Below are positions 38,145 through 47,194 of a DNA stretch of 64,000 bases, in pieces (position 1 is the first letter of the stretch; the number at the start of each line of letters is the position of its first letter). A program made the translations under genes and the position numbers. The notes below the pieces were generated by a model, which was not told the DNA's origin, did no database searches, and worked only from the letters and a program-made list of their open reading frames with translations. The stretch is from Planctomycetota bacterium (GTDB taxonomy: Bacteria; Planctomycetota; PLA2; JAEUHO01), in the NCBI GenBank assembly GCA_965223505.1, contig CBDCWP010000030.1:1-64000 (forward strand), read 5' to 3'.

Positions 38145-39424
38145 CTCACCTCCGCTTGGCCGGCGATCTCGCGAAACGTGCTGCGGTCCTTGATGCGCTC
38201 GATCCGTCGGTCGATCGCGTCGATCCACGGCCGCGCGGCGGCGAGCGTGCCGCCCAGATAGCCGCGCAGCATGGCCATGCGAAAGCGCAACGGGACGATC
38301 GGACGCAAGGACAGCGCCAGCGCGGCCAGCCCGACGGCCGCGTCGCGTCGTCGCAGCCTGCGTCCCGCGCGCGAAACGCGCATGAGGTCGATGAACGCGA
38401 GCGAGAGACGGCCGGCCGCGAGCGGACCGCACACGTACAGGTGCCAGGCCTGCAGGTCCGGGTGCAAGAAGCGCGCGGTGTGCAGCGCGCGAATCGTCGC
38501 GCCGATGCCTTCGGCGACCGCGACGCGCTCGGCCGGGCGCCATGCGTCGTGACGCTCGCGCAGGTAGCGGTCGAGCGGAACCCCTTCGACGGCCCGCGTG
38601 ATCAGGACGCCGGCGTGAAAGCCGTCTTTGCGTCCCTCCATGCACAACCACGGCTCCGGCGCGCGAAACCCCGCCGCACGCAGCGCGAGGTGGTTCTGGA
38701 ACTCGAGCACGGGACTGCGCTTGCGCTCGTATGGCTTGGTCACCTTGAGATAGGCCGGCGTGCCCGAGATGAAGATCTGGCGCACCCAGCGGCGCTCCGT
38801 GCCTTCCACCAACGAACCGGCGTCGGACTTGACGCACTGCGCCAGATCGAGCCAGCCCCCGGCGCGCAAGGGCTCGCGCGCGGCGCGCAACACGAACCCC
38901 TTGACGTCGGGATCCTCCAGCGCCGCCACACGGTCGGACGGCGTGGTACGACGGGAGGCGCGTACCACGAGATCGGAAGACGAATGCTCCTTCTCGTCGC
39001 CGACGAACGCGACGTGAACGCCGATGCGCTCGGCGGTCTTGCGCTCGGGCAACGTCTCGAGCCGGTAGTCGCGGCCCTTCGCGTAGACGTCGGGACGCAC
39101 GACGTCGAGCAGCACGTCCGCGGTGCGCTCGGCAAACGAGGTTACGTGATCGACGCACTGGAGCGCGGCGACGGTCTCGATGCGTTCGTCGAGTGGAATC
39201 AACGGTCGCCCCGGCCCCTTGGCGCGCTGTAGCGACGCGTCGTCGTTGAGCGCGACGACGAGCACGTCGCCGAGCGACTTCGCGGCCTCGAGCGCGCGAA
39301 TGTGTCCGACGTGCAGCAGGTCGAAGCCGCCGTTGGTCAGCACGACGCGCCGCCCCGCCGCGCGATGTTCGTCGAGGCAGGCAACGAGGGCGTCGCGGTC
39401 GAGGATCTTGGTGGCGACGGTCAC
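38141..39424 (-). CDS. Fusion of HldC/RfaE2-like nucleotidyltransferase and LPS kinase-like domain, 427 aa
   Basis: N-term TNGGFDLLHVGH, ALNDDAS..KG.GRP, KGRDY; C-term YLK, EFQN, HPDLQAWH, FIDLMR. Confidence 0.85.
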   Translation of the reverse strand: MTVATKILDRDALVACLDEHRAAGRRVVLTNGGFDLLHVGHIRALEAAKSLGDVLVVALNDDASLQRAKGPGRPLIPLDERIETVAALQCVDHVTSFAERTADVLLDVVRPDVYAKGRDYRLETLPERKTAERIGVHVAFVGDEKEHSSSDLVVRASRRTTPSDRVAALEDPDVKGFVLRAAREPLRAGGWLDLAQCVKSDAGSLVEGTERRWVRQIFISGTPAYLKVTKPYERKRSPVLEFQNHLALRAAGFRAPEPWLCMEGRKDGFHAGVLITRAVEGVPLDRYLRERHDAWRPAERVAVAEGIGATIRALHTARFLHPDLQAWHLYVCGPLAAGRLSLAFIDLMRVSRAGRRLRRRDAAVGLAALALSLRPIVPLRFRMAMLRGYLGGTLAAARPWIDAIDRRIERIKDRSTFREIAGQAEVR

Positions 39425-40041
39425 GGCGCCAACGCCTCGCCGGGCGCCGACGGCAGCGGCAGCCCTTCTTCACGCAGGATCCAGATGACGGCCTCGCGCA
39501 TGTCGCGCGCGACGAAGTTCGCGTCGTACGGACCCTTGACGGGCAGGGGCCACTTGTCACGCCCGCCGGCCAGCAGGACCGCGCGTGTACCGGCGCGGCG
39601 GCCTGCGACCACGTCGCGCTCGCCGTCGCCGATCGAGATCGAGCGCGACAGGTCGATGTCGTGTTCGCTCGCGGCCCGCATCCACATCCCGGGGTTGGGC
39701 TTGCGGTCGTCGTGCTCCGCGTCGTAGGGAGCGACGGTGCCGTCCGGGTGGTACGGGCAGTAATAGGACGCCAGCAGGTCGATGCCGTGCTCCGCGAGCA
39801 TGCCGTCGAGTCGCGCGGCGACGGACTCGTACGCGTCGACCGTGTACTTGCCGCGAGCGATGCCCGATTGGTTCGTGACGACGACCAGCGCGAACCCGGC
39901 GCTCTGCAAGGCACGCAGGCCGTCGGCGACGCCGGGCAGGAGCCGCACGCCGTCCGGGTTGGAGAGGTATCCGGGATCGTGGATCAGCGTCCCGTCGCGG
40001 TCGAGGAAGACGGCACGGACAGTGGGTTGCGCCGCGGGCAT
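39421..40041 (-). CDS. gmhB: D-glycero-D-manno-heptose 1,7-bisphosphate phosphatase
   Basis: FLDRDGTL, VTNQSGIARG, YYCPYHP, RKPNPGM, IGD...D. Confidence 0.92.
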   Translation of the reverse strand: MPAAQPTVRAVFLDRDGTLIHDPGYLSNPDGVRLLPGVADGLRALQSAGFALVVVTNQSGIARGKYTVDAYESVAARLDGMLAEHGIDLLASYYCPYHPDGTVAPYDAEHDDRKPNPGMWMRAASEHDIDLSRSISIGDGERDVVAGRRAGTRAVLLAGGRDKWPLPVKGPYDANFVARDMREAVIWILREEGLPLPSAPGEALAP

Positions 40042-40049
40042 GGGCCCGG

Positions 40050-40083
40050 ATTGTACGATCTGCGATGCGACCCCGCGTATCCT
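40050..40083. promoter_or_regulatory. Back-to-back -10 boxes of a compact bidirectional promoter
   Basis: TACAAT on minus (40050-40055), 8 nt before gmhB ATG; TATCCT on plus (40078-40083), 6 nt before ATG 40090; no SD on either side. Confidence 0.65.
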
Positions 40084-40089
40084 CTCAGC

Positions 40090-41307
40090 ATGCGGATGGC
40101 ATCTCGCAGCTGGATCGTCCTGCTCGCCGCCCTCCTGGCGTGGACCGCCCCCGCCGCGGCCGACGACGAGAAGAAGCCCAAGGACGACAAGCCGTTCCAG
40201 GTCGACAACGACCCCTATCCCGCCGACTTCCGCAAGCGGGTCGACGCCGCCGTCGACAGCGGGGTCGAGTACCTCATGGCGAAACAGACGTCGAACGGGC
40301 ACTGGCCGGCCGACGGCGAACTGACCCGGTACCGCCAGGGCGTCACCGCGCTGAACACGCTCGCGGCGCTCGTCGGCGGCGTGAAGGGAGACGATCCGCG
40401 CATCGACGCCGCGTTCGACGCGATGCGGCCGATGAAGCTGACGAAGACGTACGACGTCGGCGTGCTGCTGATGGCGCTGCACGCGCGCTACTCGGTGTTG
40501 CAGGAGCTCGAAGCGCTGCGCATCGACAAGTACGGCAAGCGCGAGTTCAAGGATCCGTGCAAGAAGAAGATGTCGAAGGAGGACAAGGAGCTGATGCAGA
40601 AGTGCGTCGACTTCCTCGTGAAGCATCAGCACGGCGGGCATTGGCGCTACCCGGAGGACGGGCTGGACCTCTCGAACACGCAGTACGCGTTGCTCGGACT
40701 CTGGGCCGCGAGCCGCTGCGGCTTCAAGATCCCGAAGAACGTCTGGTTCGACTCATTGAAGTGGCTGCTCTCGATCCAGGAGCGCACGGGACGGTCGGTG
40801 AAGCTCTACGTCAACCAGGTGCGGGGCCGCTATCGCGTCGCGTGGACGGAGAAGGCGCGCGCGCGCGGCTTTCGGTACCGCCCCGAGAACCCAGTGACGG
40901 GTTCGATGACGACGGCCGGCATCGCCGGGTTGGCGATCTGCCAGGAAGAGCTGTGGGACTCGCGCAAGTACACGGCCGACATGCGCAAGAACACGCGCCG
41001 CGGCATTCGCGACGGGCTGGCATGGATGCAGGACAACTTCGACGTCACGAAGAACCCGGGCGAGCCGAGCGGAGGCTGGCACTTCTACTACCTCTACGGC
41101 GCAGAGCGCGCGGGCGTGCTGTCGCGCATGCGCTTCTTCGGCAAGTACGACTGGTATTGGGAGGGAGCGAACTACCTGTTGGACGCGCAACGTCATGACG
41201 GCGCGTGGATTCGCGAACATGCGCACCTGGACACGGCTTTCGCCATCCTGTTCCTGAAGCGCTCGACCCGCCGCACCCGCAATCCGGCGATCACGCCGCA
41301 CCACTAG
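40090..41307 (+). CDS. Secreted prenyltransferase/squalene-cyclase-repeat (alpha/alpha barrel) protein
   Basis: Signal peptide ..PAAA; QW-like repeats YLMAKQTSNGHW, FLVKHQHGGHW, YLLDAQRHDGAW; DLSNTQYALLGL; YYLYGAERAG. Confidence 0.8.
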   Translation: MRMASRSWIVLLAALLAWTAPAAADDEKKPKDDKPFQVDNDPYPADFRKRVDAAVDSGVEYLMAKQTSNGHWPADGELTRYRQGVTALNTLAALVGGVKGDDPRIDAAFDAMRPMKLTKTYDVGVLLMALHARYSVLQELEALRIDKYGKREFKDPCKKKMSKEDKELMQKCVDFLVKHQHGGHWRYPEDGLDLSNTQYALLGLWAASRCGFKIPKNVWFDSLKWLLSIQERTGRSVKLYVNQVRGRYRVAWTEKARARGFRYRPENPVTGSMTTAGIAGLAICQEELWDSRKYTADMRKNTRRGIRDGLAWMQDNFDVTKNPGEPSGGWHFYYLYGAERAGVLSRMRFFGKYDWYWEGANYLLDAQRHDGAWIREHAHLDTAFAILFLKRSTRRTRNPAITPHH

Positions 41308-41311
41308 CAGG

Positions 41312-42796
41312 TTGTCGACGGACGTCCTCCACGAGCTCGAGCTACTCCTCAAGGCGCGCACGCGCCTCGTCGCCATCGACTCGTTCGACGAGCGGCACGT
41401 CGAGGGCATCGTGCGGCGCGTCGCGAAGCGCCTGGGCATGCCGTTCTACGAATGGACCGTGACCCAGGGGCTCGTTCCGCCCGGCGGAAGCCCGCTCTAC
41501 GACTCGAAGGAGCCGCTGCGCGCGCTGGCGAACGTGCGCTCCTTGAAGCACGGCGGCGTGTACTTGCTCAAGGACCTGGCGCCGCACCTCGAGGACCCCA
41601 AGGTCGCACGCAAGCTCAAGGACCTGATCGACCGCAAGTCCCCGCAGCCGCGGTCCTTCATCCTCGTCGCGCCGCGCGTCGTGCTGCCCGACCTGCTCGT
41701 GAAGCACGCCGCGCGCATGGATCTCTCGATGCCGTCGGAGAAGGCGCTGGGCGAGATGGTCTGGCGCGTCGTCTCCGAGTTCGGCACGCGCCGGCAGATC
41801 GACGTGCGGTTGGACGACGAAGACTTCCGCTCGCTCACGAACAGCCTGCGCGGCTTGACGCTGGCGGAGGGTGAACGCGCGGTCGGCCGCGCGCTGGCCG
41901 ACGACATGGCGTTGACGCCCGACGACCTGCCCGGCGTGCTCGACGCGAAACGCGAGATCCTCGAAGAGGGCGGCGCGATCGAGTTCGTTCCGAACCACGT
42001 CGACTTCGACGACATCGGAGGCCTCGCGCACCTGAAGGACTGGCTGATCAAGCGTCGTCGCGCGTTGACGCCCGAGGGCAAGGCGTTCGGGCTCGACCCG
42101 CCGAAGGGGGTCGTGCTGCTCGGCGTACAGGGATGCGGCAAGAGCCTCGCGGCGCGCGGCGTCGCGGCGGCGTGGAACCTGCCGCTCCTGCGCATGGAGC
42201 CGGGCCGCATCTACGACAAGTACATCGGGGAGAGCGACAAGCACCTCGAGCAGTCGTTGCGCGCCGCCGAGCACATGGCGCCGTGCGTGTTGTGGGTCGA
42301 CGAGATCGAGAAGGGCTTCGCGTCGTTCGGCAACAGCGAAGCCGACGGTGGACTCTCACGACGCATCTTCGGCCGTCTGCTGGGCTGGCTGCAGGACCGC
42401 AAGCAGCCGGTGTTCGTCGTCGCGACGTGCAACGACGTCGAGAGCCTGCCGCCGGAGCTGATGCGCAAGGGCCGCTTCGACGAGGTCTTCTTCATCGACT
42501 TGCCGAACCCGACGGAGCGCGAAGCCGTGTTCCGAATCCATCTCCGGCAGCGCGGGCGCGATCCGGCGGCGTTCGACCTCGCGCGGCTCGTGGCCGCCAG
42601 CGAGGGTTTCAGCGGCGCCGAGATCGAACAGGCGATCGTCGCGGGGCTGTACACCGCGTTCGCCGACGAGGACGAGCTCGACACCGAGACGCTGCTCGCC
42701 GAGCTCGAAGGCACCCAGCCCCTGTCCGTGACGCGTGCGGAAGACATCGCCGCGCTTCGTAGCTGGGCGGAAGGGCGCACTGTCAGCGCCGGATAG
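41312..42796 (+). CDS. Ycf46-like AAA ATPase
   Basis: Degenerate N-terminal AAA (YLLKDL), DIGGL..LKDWL, Walker A GVQGCGKS, Walker B VLWVDEIEKG, LPPELMRKGRFDE. Confidence 0.9.
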   Translation: MSTDVLHELELLLKARTRLVAIDSFDERHVEGIVRRVAKRLGMPFYEWTVTQGLVPPGGSPLYDSKEPLRALANVRSLKHGGVYLLKDLAPHLEDPKVARKLKDLIDRKSPQPRSFILVAPRVVLPDLLVKHAARMDLSMPSEKALGEMVWRVVSEFGTRRQIDVRLDDEDFRSLTNSLRGLTLAEGERAVGRALADDMALTPDDLPGVLDAKREILEEGGAIEFVPNHVDFDDIGGLAHLKDWLIKRRRALTPEGKAFGLDPPKGVVLLGVQGCGKSLAARGVAAAWNLPLLRMEPGRIYDKYIGESDKHLEQSLRAAEHMAPCVLWVDEIEKGFASFGNSEADGGLSRRIFGRLLGWLQDRKQPVFVVATCNDVESLPPELMRKGRFDEVFFIDLPNPTEREAVFRIHLRQRGRDPAAFDLARLVAASEGFSGAEIEQAIVAGLYTAFADEDELDTETLLAELEGTQPLSVTRAEDIAALRSWAEGRTVSAG

Positions 42797-42842
42797 GCGG
42801 CAGCCCCTCCCCGTGTTCGACGCGAGGCGATACCATGGGGCC

Positions 42843-44312
42843 ATGATGTGCAGACAGTCCGTGCGGTGGGTCGGGTGGATGGCGGTGGCCGCGTGGGCCG
42901 TGCTCGCGAGCGCTCCGGTCGCGAAGGCGGACTGGAAGGACGACGACGCCTACAAGCAGCTCCTCAAGTACGAAGTCAAGACGCTCAAGGGCTTGATGCA
43001 GAGCGCGCTCAAGGAGGACTACCGCCGCCAGGCGTGGTACTTCGCCGACCGCATCCTCGCCGCGGATCCGAACCACACACAGGCGATCGAGGTCGTCGAG
43101 AAGTGGGAGGCCAAGGAGCTCGTCGCCGGCCAGGTGCCCAAGAAGGGTTGGCTGAAGAAGCGCGACCAGGCGCTGCGCAAGCTCGGCGACGACTACTTCC
43201 ATTTCGGAGAGACGCTCGAGGCCGCCGGCATCGACCCGGTCGACTACTACCCGATCAACGTCCGCGCCTCGTCCTACGGCTCGCAGGCCGGACCGCTCGT
43301 CGCCGCCTACAAAGACAACGGCTACATGTGGATGCACACGTGGCTGGAGCGCGAGGTGAAGGAGGTGAGCGCGCTCCTCGGCCCGGACCTCCTCGGCGAG
43401 GTCACGTATCCGCCGGAGTTCGACGACGAGTTCTTGAAGTACCGGGCGCGGTGGCCGGAGGCGAAGGTCGCAACTTGGGGTCGCTGGCGGTTCGTCACCG
43501 ACCTGGAGTACCTCGACGCGCTGCGGTTGGTCGCGCTGGTCGCCGACGCCGAACGCTGGCTCATCAAGAAGACCGGCATGCACGACAAGAAGGGCGACAC
43601 GATCACCGACCTCTTGATCTTCAAGGACCTCGAGACGTACGACAAGATCGGGGTCGATCTGGTGCGCGACGAAGACCGCGAGGACTTCAGCGGGAGCTCG
43701 GGCTGGTATCGGCGGAGCGAGCGCGTCGCGATGGTTCCGGCCAAGCACCGTCACAACGCGTGGGTCGCGACCGACTCCGTCGTGCTGCGGCAGGCCATGC
43801 GCGTGCTGGTGCGCCGCCATCTCGCGGCGGGCCTCGGCGGCTGGGTTCGCGGTCGCGGCTTCTGGGTGATGGATGGGCTGGCGGGCTCGCTGGCGGACAT
43901 CCAGCGCAGCGACGAGAAGAAGAGCGACGGTTTCGTGCTGAACGCGCAGGCTTGCTGGGAGCTCGCGGCGGCGCGATCGTTGCGCGACGGCGGCACGTTG
44001 ATGAGCTGGAACGAGTTCTTCGACCTCAACTACGTGCAGGCCGAGAAGATCGAGAAACAGGATCTGACGATTCACGTCAACGGCGCGGCGCGCGAGGCGC
44101 TGTCGGTCGACGTCGTGAACGCCCAGGCCGTGGCGTTGGCGGCGGGGGTCTGGCTTTCGCATCCGAAGAAGGGCCCGAAGGCGATCGCGGCGCTGATTCA
44201 GGCGGTGGTGAAGCGCGACAGCCTGCCGGACGTCGACAAGACGATGAAGTTCAAGAAGGGCGGCGCCGTCAAGGAGGCCGACCGGGCGATGGACGCCGTC
44301 GTCAAGGAGTAG
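42843..44312 (+). CDS. Secreted hypothetical protein, possibly a degenerate zincin (DUF1570-like)
   Basis: Signal peptide ..VAKA; WVMDGLA, LMSWNEF, NAQAVAL resemble gluzincin-like motifs, but there is no HExxH. Confidence 0.65.
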   Translation: MMCRQSVRWVGWMAVAAWAVLASAPVAKADWKDDDAYKQLLKYEVKTLKGLMQSALKEDYRRQAWYFADRILAADPNHTQAIEVVEKWEAKELVAGQVPKKGWLKKRDQALRKLGDDYFHFGETLEAAGIDPVDYYPINVRASSYGSQAGPLVAAYKDNGYMWMHTWLEREVKEVSALLGPDLLGEVTYPPEFDDEFLKYRARWPEAKVATWGRWRFVTDLEYLDALRLVALVADAERWLIKKTGMHDKKGDTITDLLIFKDLETYDKIGVDLVRDEDREDFSGSSGWYRRSERVAMVPAKHRHNAWVATDSVVLRQAMRVLVRRHLAAGLGGWVRGRGFWVMDGLAGSLADIQRSDEKKSDGFVLNAQACWELAAARSLRDGGTLMSWNEFFDLNYVQAEKIEKQDLTIHVNGAAREALSVDVVNAQAVALAAGVWLSHPKKGPKAIAALIQAVVKRDSLPDVDKTMKFKKGGAVKEADRAMDAVVKE

Positions 44313-44365
44313 CGAGTCGACGACGGGTTCCGACACGCCTCGCAGAGCACCGAAGCCCCTCCGAA

Positions 44366-44501
44366 TTTCGTGCTCGATGCCCTGACTTTGCGCGCTCCGT
44401 GATCGTTGAACCAAGGGTGGCGCACGGTCGTCGCCAAACGGAAGTCGCTCGGAAGAGCGTCACTCGTCCGTCCTCCGGGGCACACGGGCACGAGCACGAA
44501 A
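44366..44501. repeat. Long-range inverted repeat in a 241-bp convergent intergenic region
   Basis: tttcgtgctcg-a-tgccc (44366-44382) pairs with gggca-cgagcacgaaa (44486-44501). Confidence 0.6.
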
Positions 44502-44553
44502 ACGGTGTCGGGCACGACACGCCGGTGAGGTCGAGCGCTCTGTCGGGCTTCCG

Positions 44554-46026
44554 CTAGTCGCCGGAACCCCGAATCTTCTCGACGATCCCCGTCGTGCTGC
44601 GTCCCTCATGCAGATCGACGAGCACGACCTTACCGCCGCGCCCCTCGACGAACTCGCGGCCGACGACGCCCTTGTCCTTCCAGTCGACCCCCTTGACGAG
44701 CACGTCGGGCTCGACCTGCTCGATGACGTTCGCCGGGGTGTCCTCGTCGAACACCACCACGTAGTCGACCATCGAGAGCGCCGCCAACACCTCGATGCGA
44801 TCCTGAACCGGGTTGACCGGCCGCTCTTCGCCCTTGATGCGCCGCACGCTGTCGTCGGCGTTCAGACCCACGACGAGCACGTCGCCCTCGGCCCGCGCGG
44901 CCTTGAGGAAGCGAATGTGACCCGCGTGCAGGATGTCGAAGCACCCGTTCGTGAACACGACACGGCGACGCGCCGCATGATGGCGGGCTACGACCGCGCC
45001 GATCTCCGCGCGATCGACGTGCTTGGTGCCCGCGCCGTCGCCGTCGGTGGCGAGCCGGGCACTGATCTCCTCGCGCGCGACGGGTACGGCCCCCACCCGT
45101 TCGACCGCGAGCCCCGCGGCGACGTTGGCGAGCGCCGACGCCTCGTGCGGCGTCGCGCCGGAGGCGAGCGCGCAGGCCAGGACCGACAGCACCATGTCGC
45201 CGGCGCCGGACACGTCGAACACCTCGCGCGGCGACGTCGGCAGATGCACGCCGTACCCGTCGCTTTGCTTGAGGTACATGCCTTCGCGGTCGAGCGTGAT
45301 CAAGACGAACGACATCCCCAGGTCGTCCAGCAGCTTCGCGGCGGCCGCGTCGGCGTGCTCGAGCGTCTCGACGGCGATGCCGGTGACGCGCTGGGTCTCG
45401 GGACGGTTGGGCGTGATCGCGGTCGCGCCGCGAAAGCGCGCGTAGTCCGGCCGCTTCGAGTCCACCAGGACGGGCGTGCCGTTCTCTTTTGCGGCGGCGA
45501 TCAGCGCGTCGAGCAGCCCGCGCGTCAGGCACCCCTTCACGTAGTCGCTGAGCAGAACGGCGTCGACGTCCGGCAGCAACGAGGTCGCGGTCGCGAGCAG
45601 TGCCGCTTCCGTCGCCTCGGAGATCGGCGCGGTGGTCTCTTCGTCCACACGCAGAACCTGTTGCGCGATGGTGTGGCTGTGCGCCATGTGCCGCGTCTTG
45701 ACGCTCGTTCGCCGACCGGGCTCGGCGATCGCCTTCAGGTCGATGCCGAGGTCGGCGCAGACCTGGGCGACGCGTTCGCCGGACGCGTCGTCGCCGGTGA
45801 CGCCCAGCAGCGTGGCGCGGGCGCCGAGCACCGTGACGCACTGCGCGACGAAGCCTGCGCCGCCCAGACCGGCGCGCGTCGACTCCACGCGCAGGACCGG
45901 GATCGGCGCCTCCGGACTGATGCGCTCGGCCGCACCTGTGAAGTAGCGATCGAGGATCAAGTCGCCGATGACGAGCAGGTTGGGTTGCCCGAGTGTCGAC
46001 AGCACTTCCGGCAGCTCACGGGTCAC
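44554..46026 (-). CDS. hldE: Bifunctional heptose 7-phosphate kinase / heptose 1-phosphate adenylyltransferase
   Basis: IGDLILDRY, RISPEAPIPV, LSDYVKG, TPNRPE, DVSGAGD; FTNGCFDILHAGH, VKGVDW, GRSTT. Confidence 0.96.
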   Translation of the reverse strand: MTRELPEVLSTLGQPNLLVIGDLILDRYFTGAAERISPEAPIPVLRVESTRAGLGGAGFVAQCVTVLGARATLLGVTGDDASGERVAQVCADLGIDLKAIAEPGRRTSVKTRHMAHSHTIAQQVLRVDEETTAPISEATEAALLATATSLLPDVDAVLLSDYVKGCLTRGLLDALIAAAKENGTPVLVDSKRPDYARFRGATAITPNRPETQRVTGIAVETLEHADAAAAKLLDDLGMSFVLITLDREGMYLKQSDGYGVHLPTSPREVFDVSGAGDMVLSVLACALASGATPHEASALANVAAGLAVERVGAVPVAREEISARLATDGDGAGTKHVDRAEIGAVVARHHAARRRVVFTNGCFDILHAGHIRFLKAARAEGDVLVVGLNADDSVRRIKGEERPVNPVQDRIEVLAALSMVDYVVVFDEDTPANVIEQVEPDVLVKGVDWKDKGVVGREFVEGRGGKVVLVDLHEGRSTTGIVEKIRGSGD

Positions 46027-46991
46027 GATGCGAGCTCCTTGGCCGCGGCGAGGATCGCCATGCGCAGGAGCGGCAACGTGTACTCGTGCTGGCCGGCGAT
46101 GTCGAACCCTTCGACGGCCGGGCGCTCGATGACGTTCACACGCGGGCGATAGTGGCGGAGCATGTCGAGATTGCCGGTGGTGATGCGCACACGACGTTCG
46201 GGGTCGACGTTGTGGACGATGGCGACCGCTTTCATGAACACCTCAGGCAGCAAGACGGCGCTGCCGACGTTGACGTACACGCCTTCGTCGAGTCCGTCGA
46301 CGAGCGACGTGAGGCGCAGGAAGTCGGCGTGCGTCGCGGCGCCCAGGTCCGCGCCGTCGCAGGCCGGGTGCATGTGCACGGTGTCGGTGCCGACCGCGAC
46401 GTGAATCGTGAGCGGGATGCCGTGCTGCGCCGCGGCGCAAAGCAAGGAGAGCTGCGGGTGAGCCGGGTCCTTGGCGAGGAGCGCCGCACCCAGGGCGGCG
46501 CCGAATCCGATCTTCGAGGCGGCCGCGGACCGGGCGGCCTCGGCGAGCAGGGCGCCGGTCTCGTCCGCGTTGCCGTAGGTGCCTTCGAACAGCCCGCCGC
46601 CGACGTCTTCGGACGTACTGCCGCACAGCGCGATCTCGGCGTCGTGAATCGCCGAGGCGCCGTTGAAGACGAAGCCGTGAGCGAAGCCGCGGGCGTGCAG
46701 GTCGAGCAGGAGCGGCGCCAACCCGACCTTGATCACGTGTCCGCCCATCCCCCACAGGACTCGCTTGCCGCCGGCCGCGGCCTTGGCGATCGCGGCGGCG
46801 AGACCCTTCAGGCGGCGAACGCCCAGGTAGTCGGGCAGGGCGTCGAGAAAATCGGTCGTGGCGTCGCCGAGCTCCGTCGGCCGGGCGAAGCGCGCGGTCT
46901 CGACGAGATGGTCGCGCCCGCCGAGCGGCTGGGTGCGGAAGCGACTCACGTCGTAGGGCGGAACGGGATCTCGGGGGGCATCGCCTGACAT
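46023..46991 (-). CDS. Conserved hypothetical protein with a deoxyhypusine-synthase-like pattern
   Basis: MGGHVIKVGL, NGASAIHD, SLL.AA...IPLTIHVAVGTD..H, NVGSAVLLPEVF; GTGA overlap with hldE. Confidence 0.8.
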   Translation of the reverse strand: MSGDAPRDPVPPYDVSRFRTQPLGGRDHLVETARFARPTELGDATTDFLDALPDYLGVRRLKGLAAAIAKAAAGGKRVLWGMGGHVIKVGLAPLLLDLHARGFAHGFVFNGASAIHDAEIALCGSTSEDVGGGLFEGTYGNADETGALLAEAARSAAASKIGFGAALGAALLAKDPAHPQLSLLCAAAQHGIPLTIHVAVGTDTVHMHPACDGADLGAATHADFLRLTSLVDGLDEGVYVNVGSAVLLPEVFMKAVAIVHNVDPERRVRITTGNLDMLRHYRPRVNVIERPAVEGFDIAGQHEYTLPLLRMAILAAAKELAS

Positions 46992-47194
46992 TCGGACGGG
47001 GATGGTACCGGGACGGGGCCCGAAGCAGGTCGAGGCGCGCGGGCGGGTACGAACGCCTGTCAGCCCGCCGCGGCGCCGCCGGCAAGGGATGCAGATCCGC
47101 TACGACGGCCCTCTTGCAGGGCCCCCCAAACGAACATCGCGCGGGGACGCGGCGCGGTTACGCGCGAATCGCGAAAGAAACGACGCGGCGCCGG

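Noticed and set aside
40090..41307. Squalene-hopene cyclase or alpha-2-macroglobulin call for the QW-repeat proteins
   Set aside because: Single barrel of about 400 aa with a signal peptide, no DxDD and no CGEQ motif.
44406..44418. ttgaaccaagggt resembles a segment of enterobacterial 6S RNA as I recall it
   Set aside because: The complementary arm and the 6S rod with central bubble are not evident; a short match is not enough without an Rfam scan.
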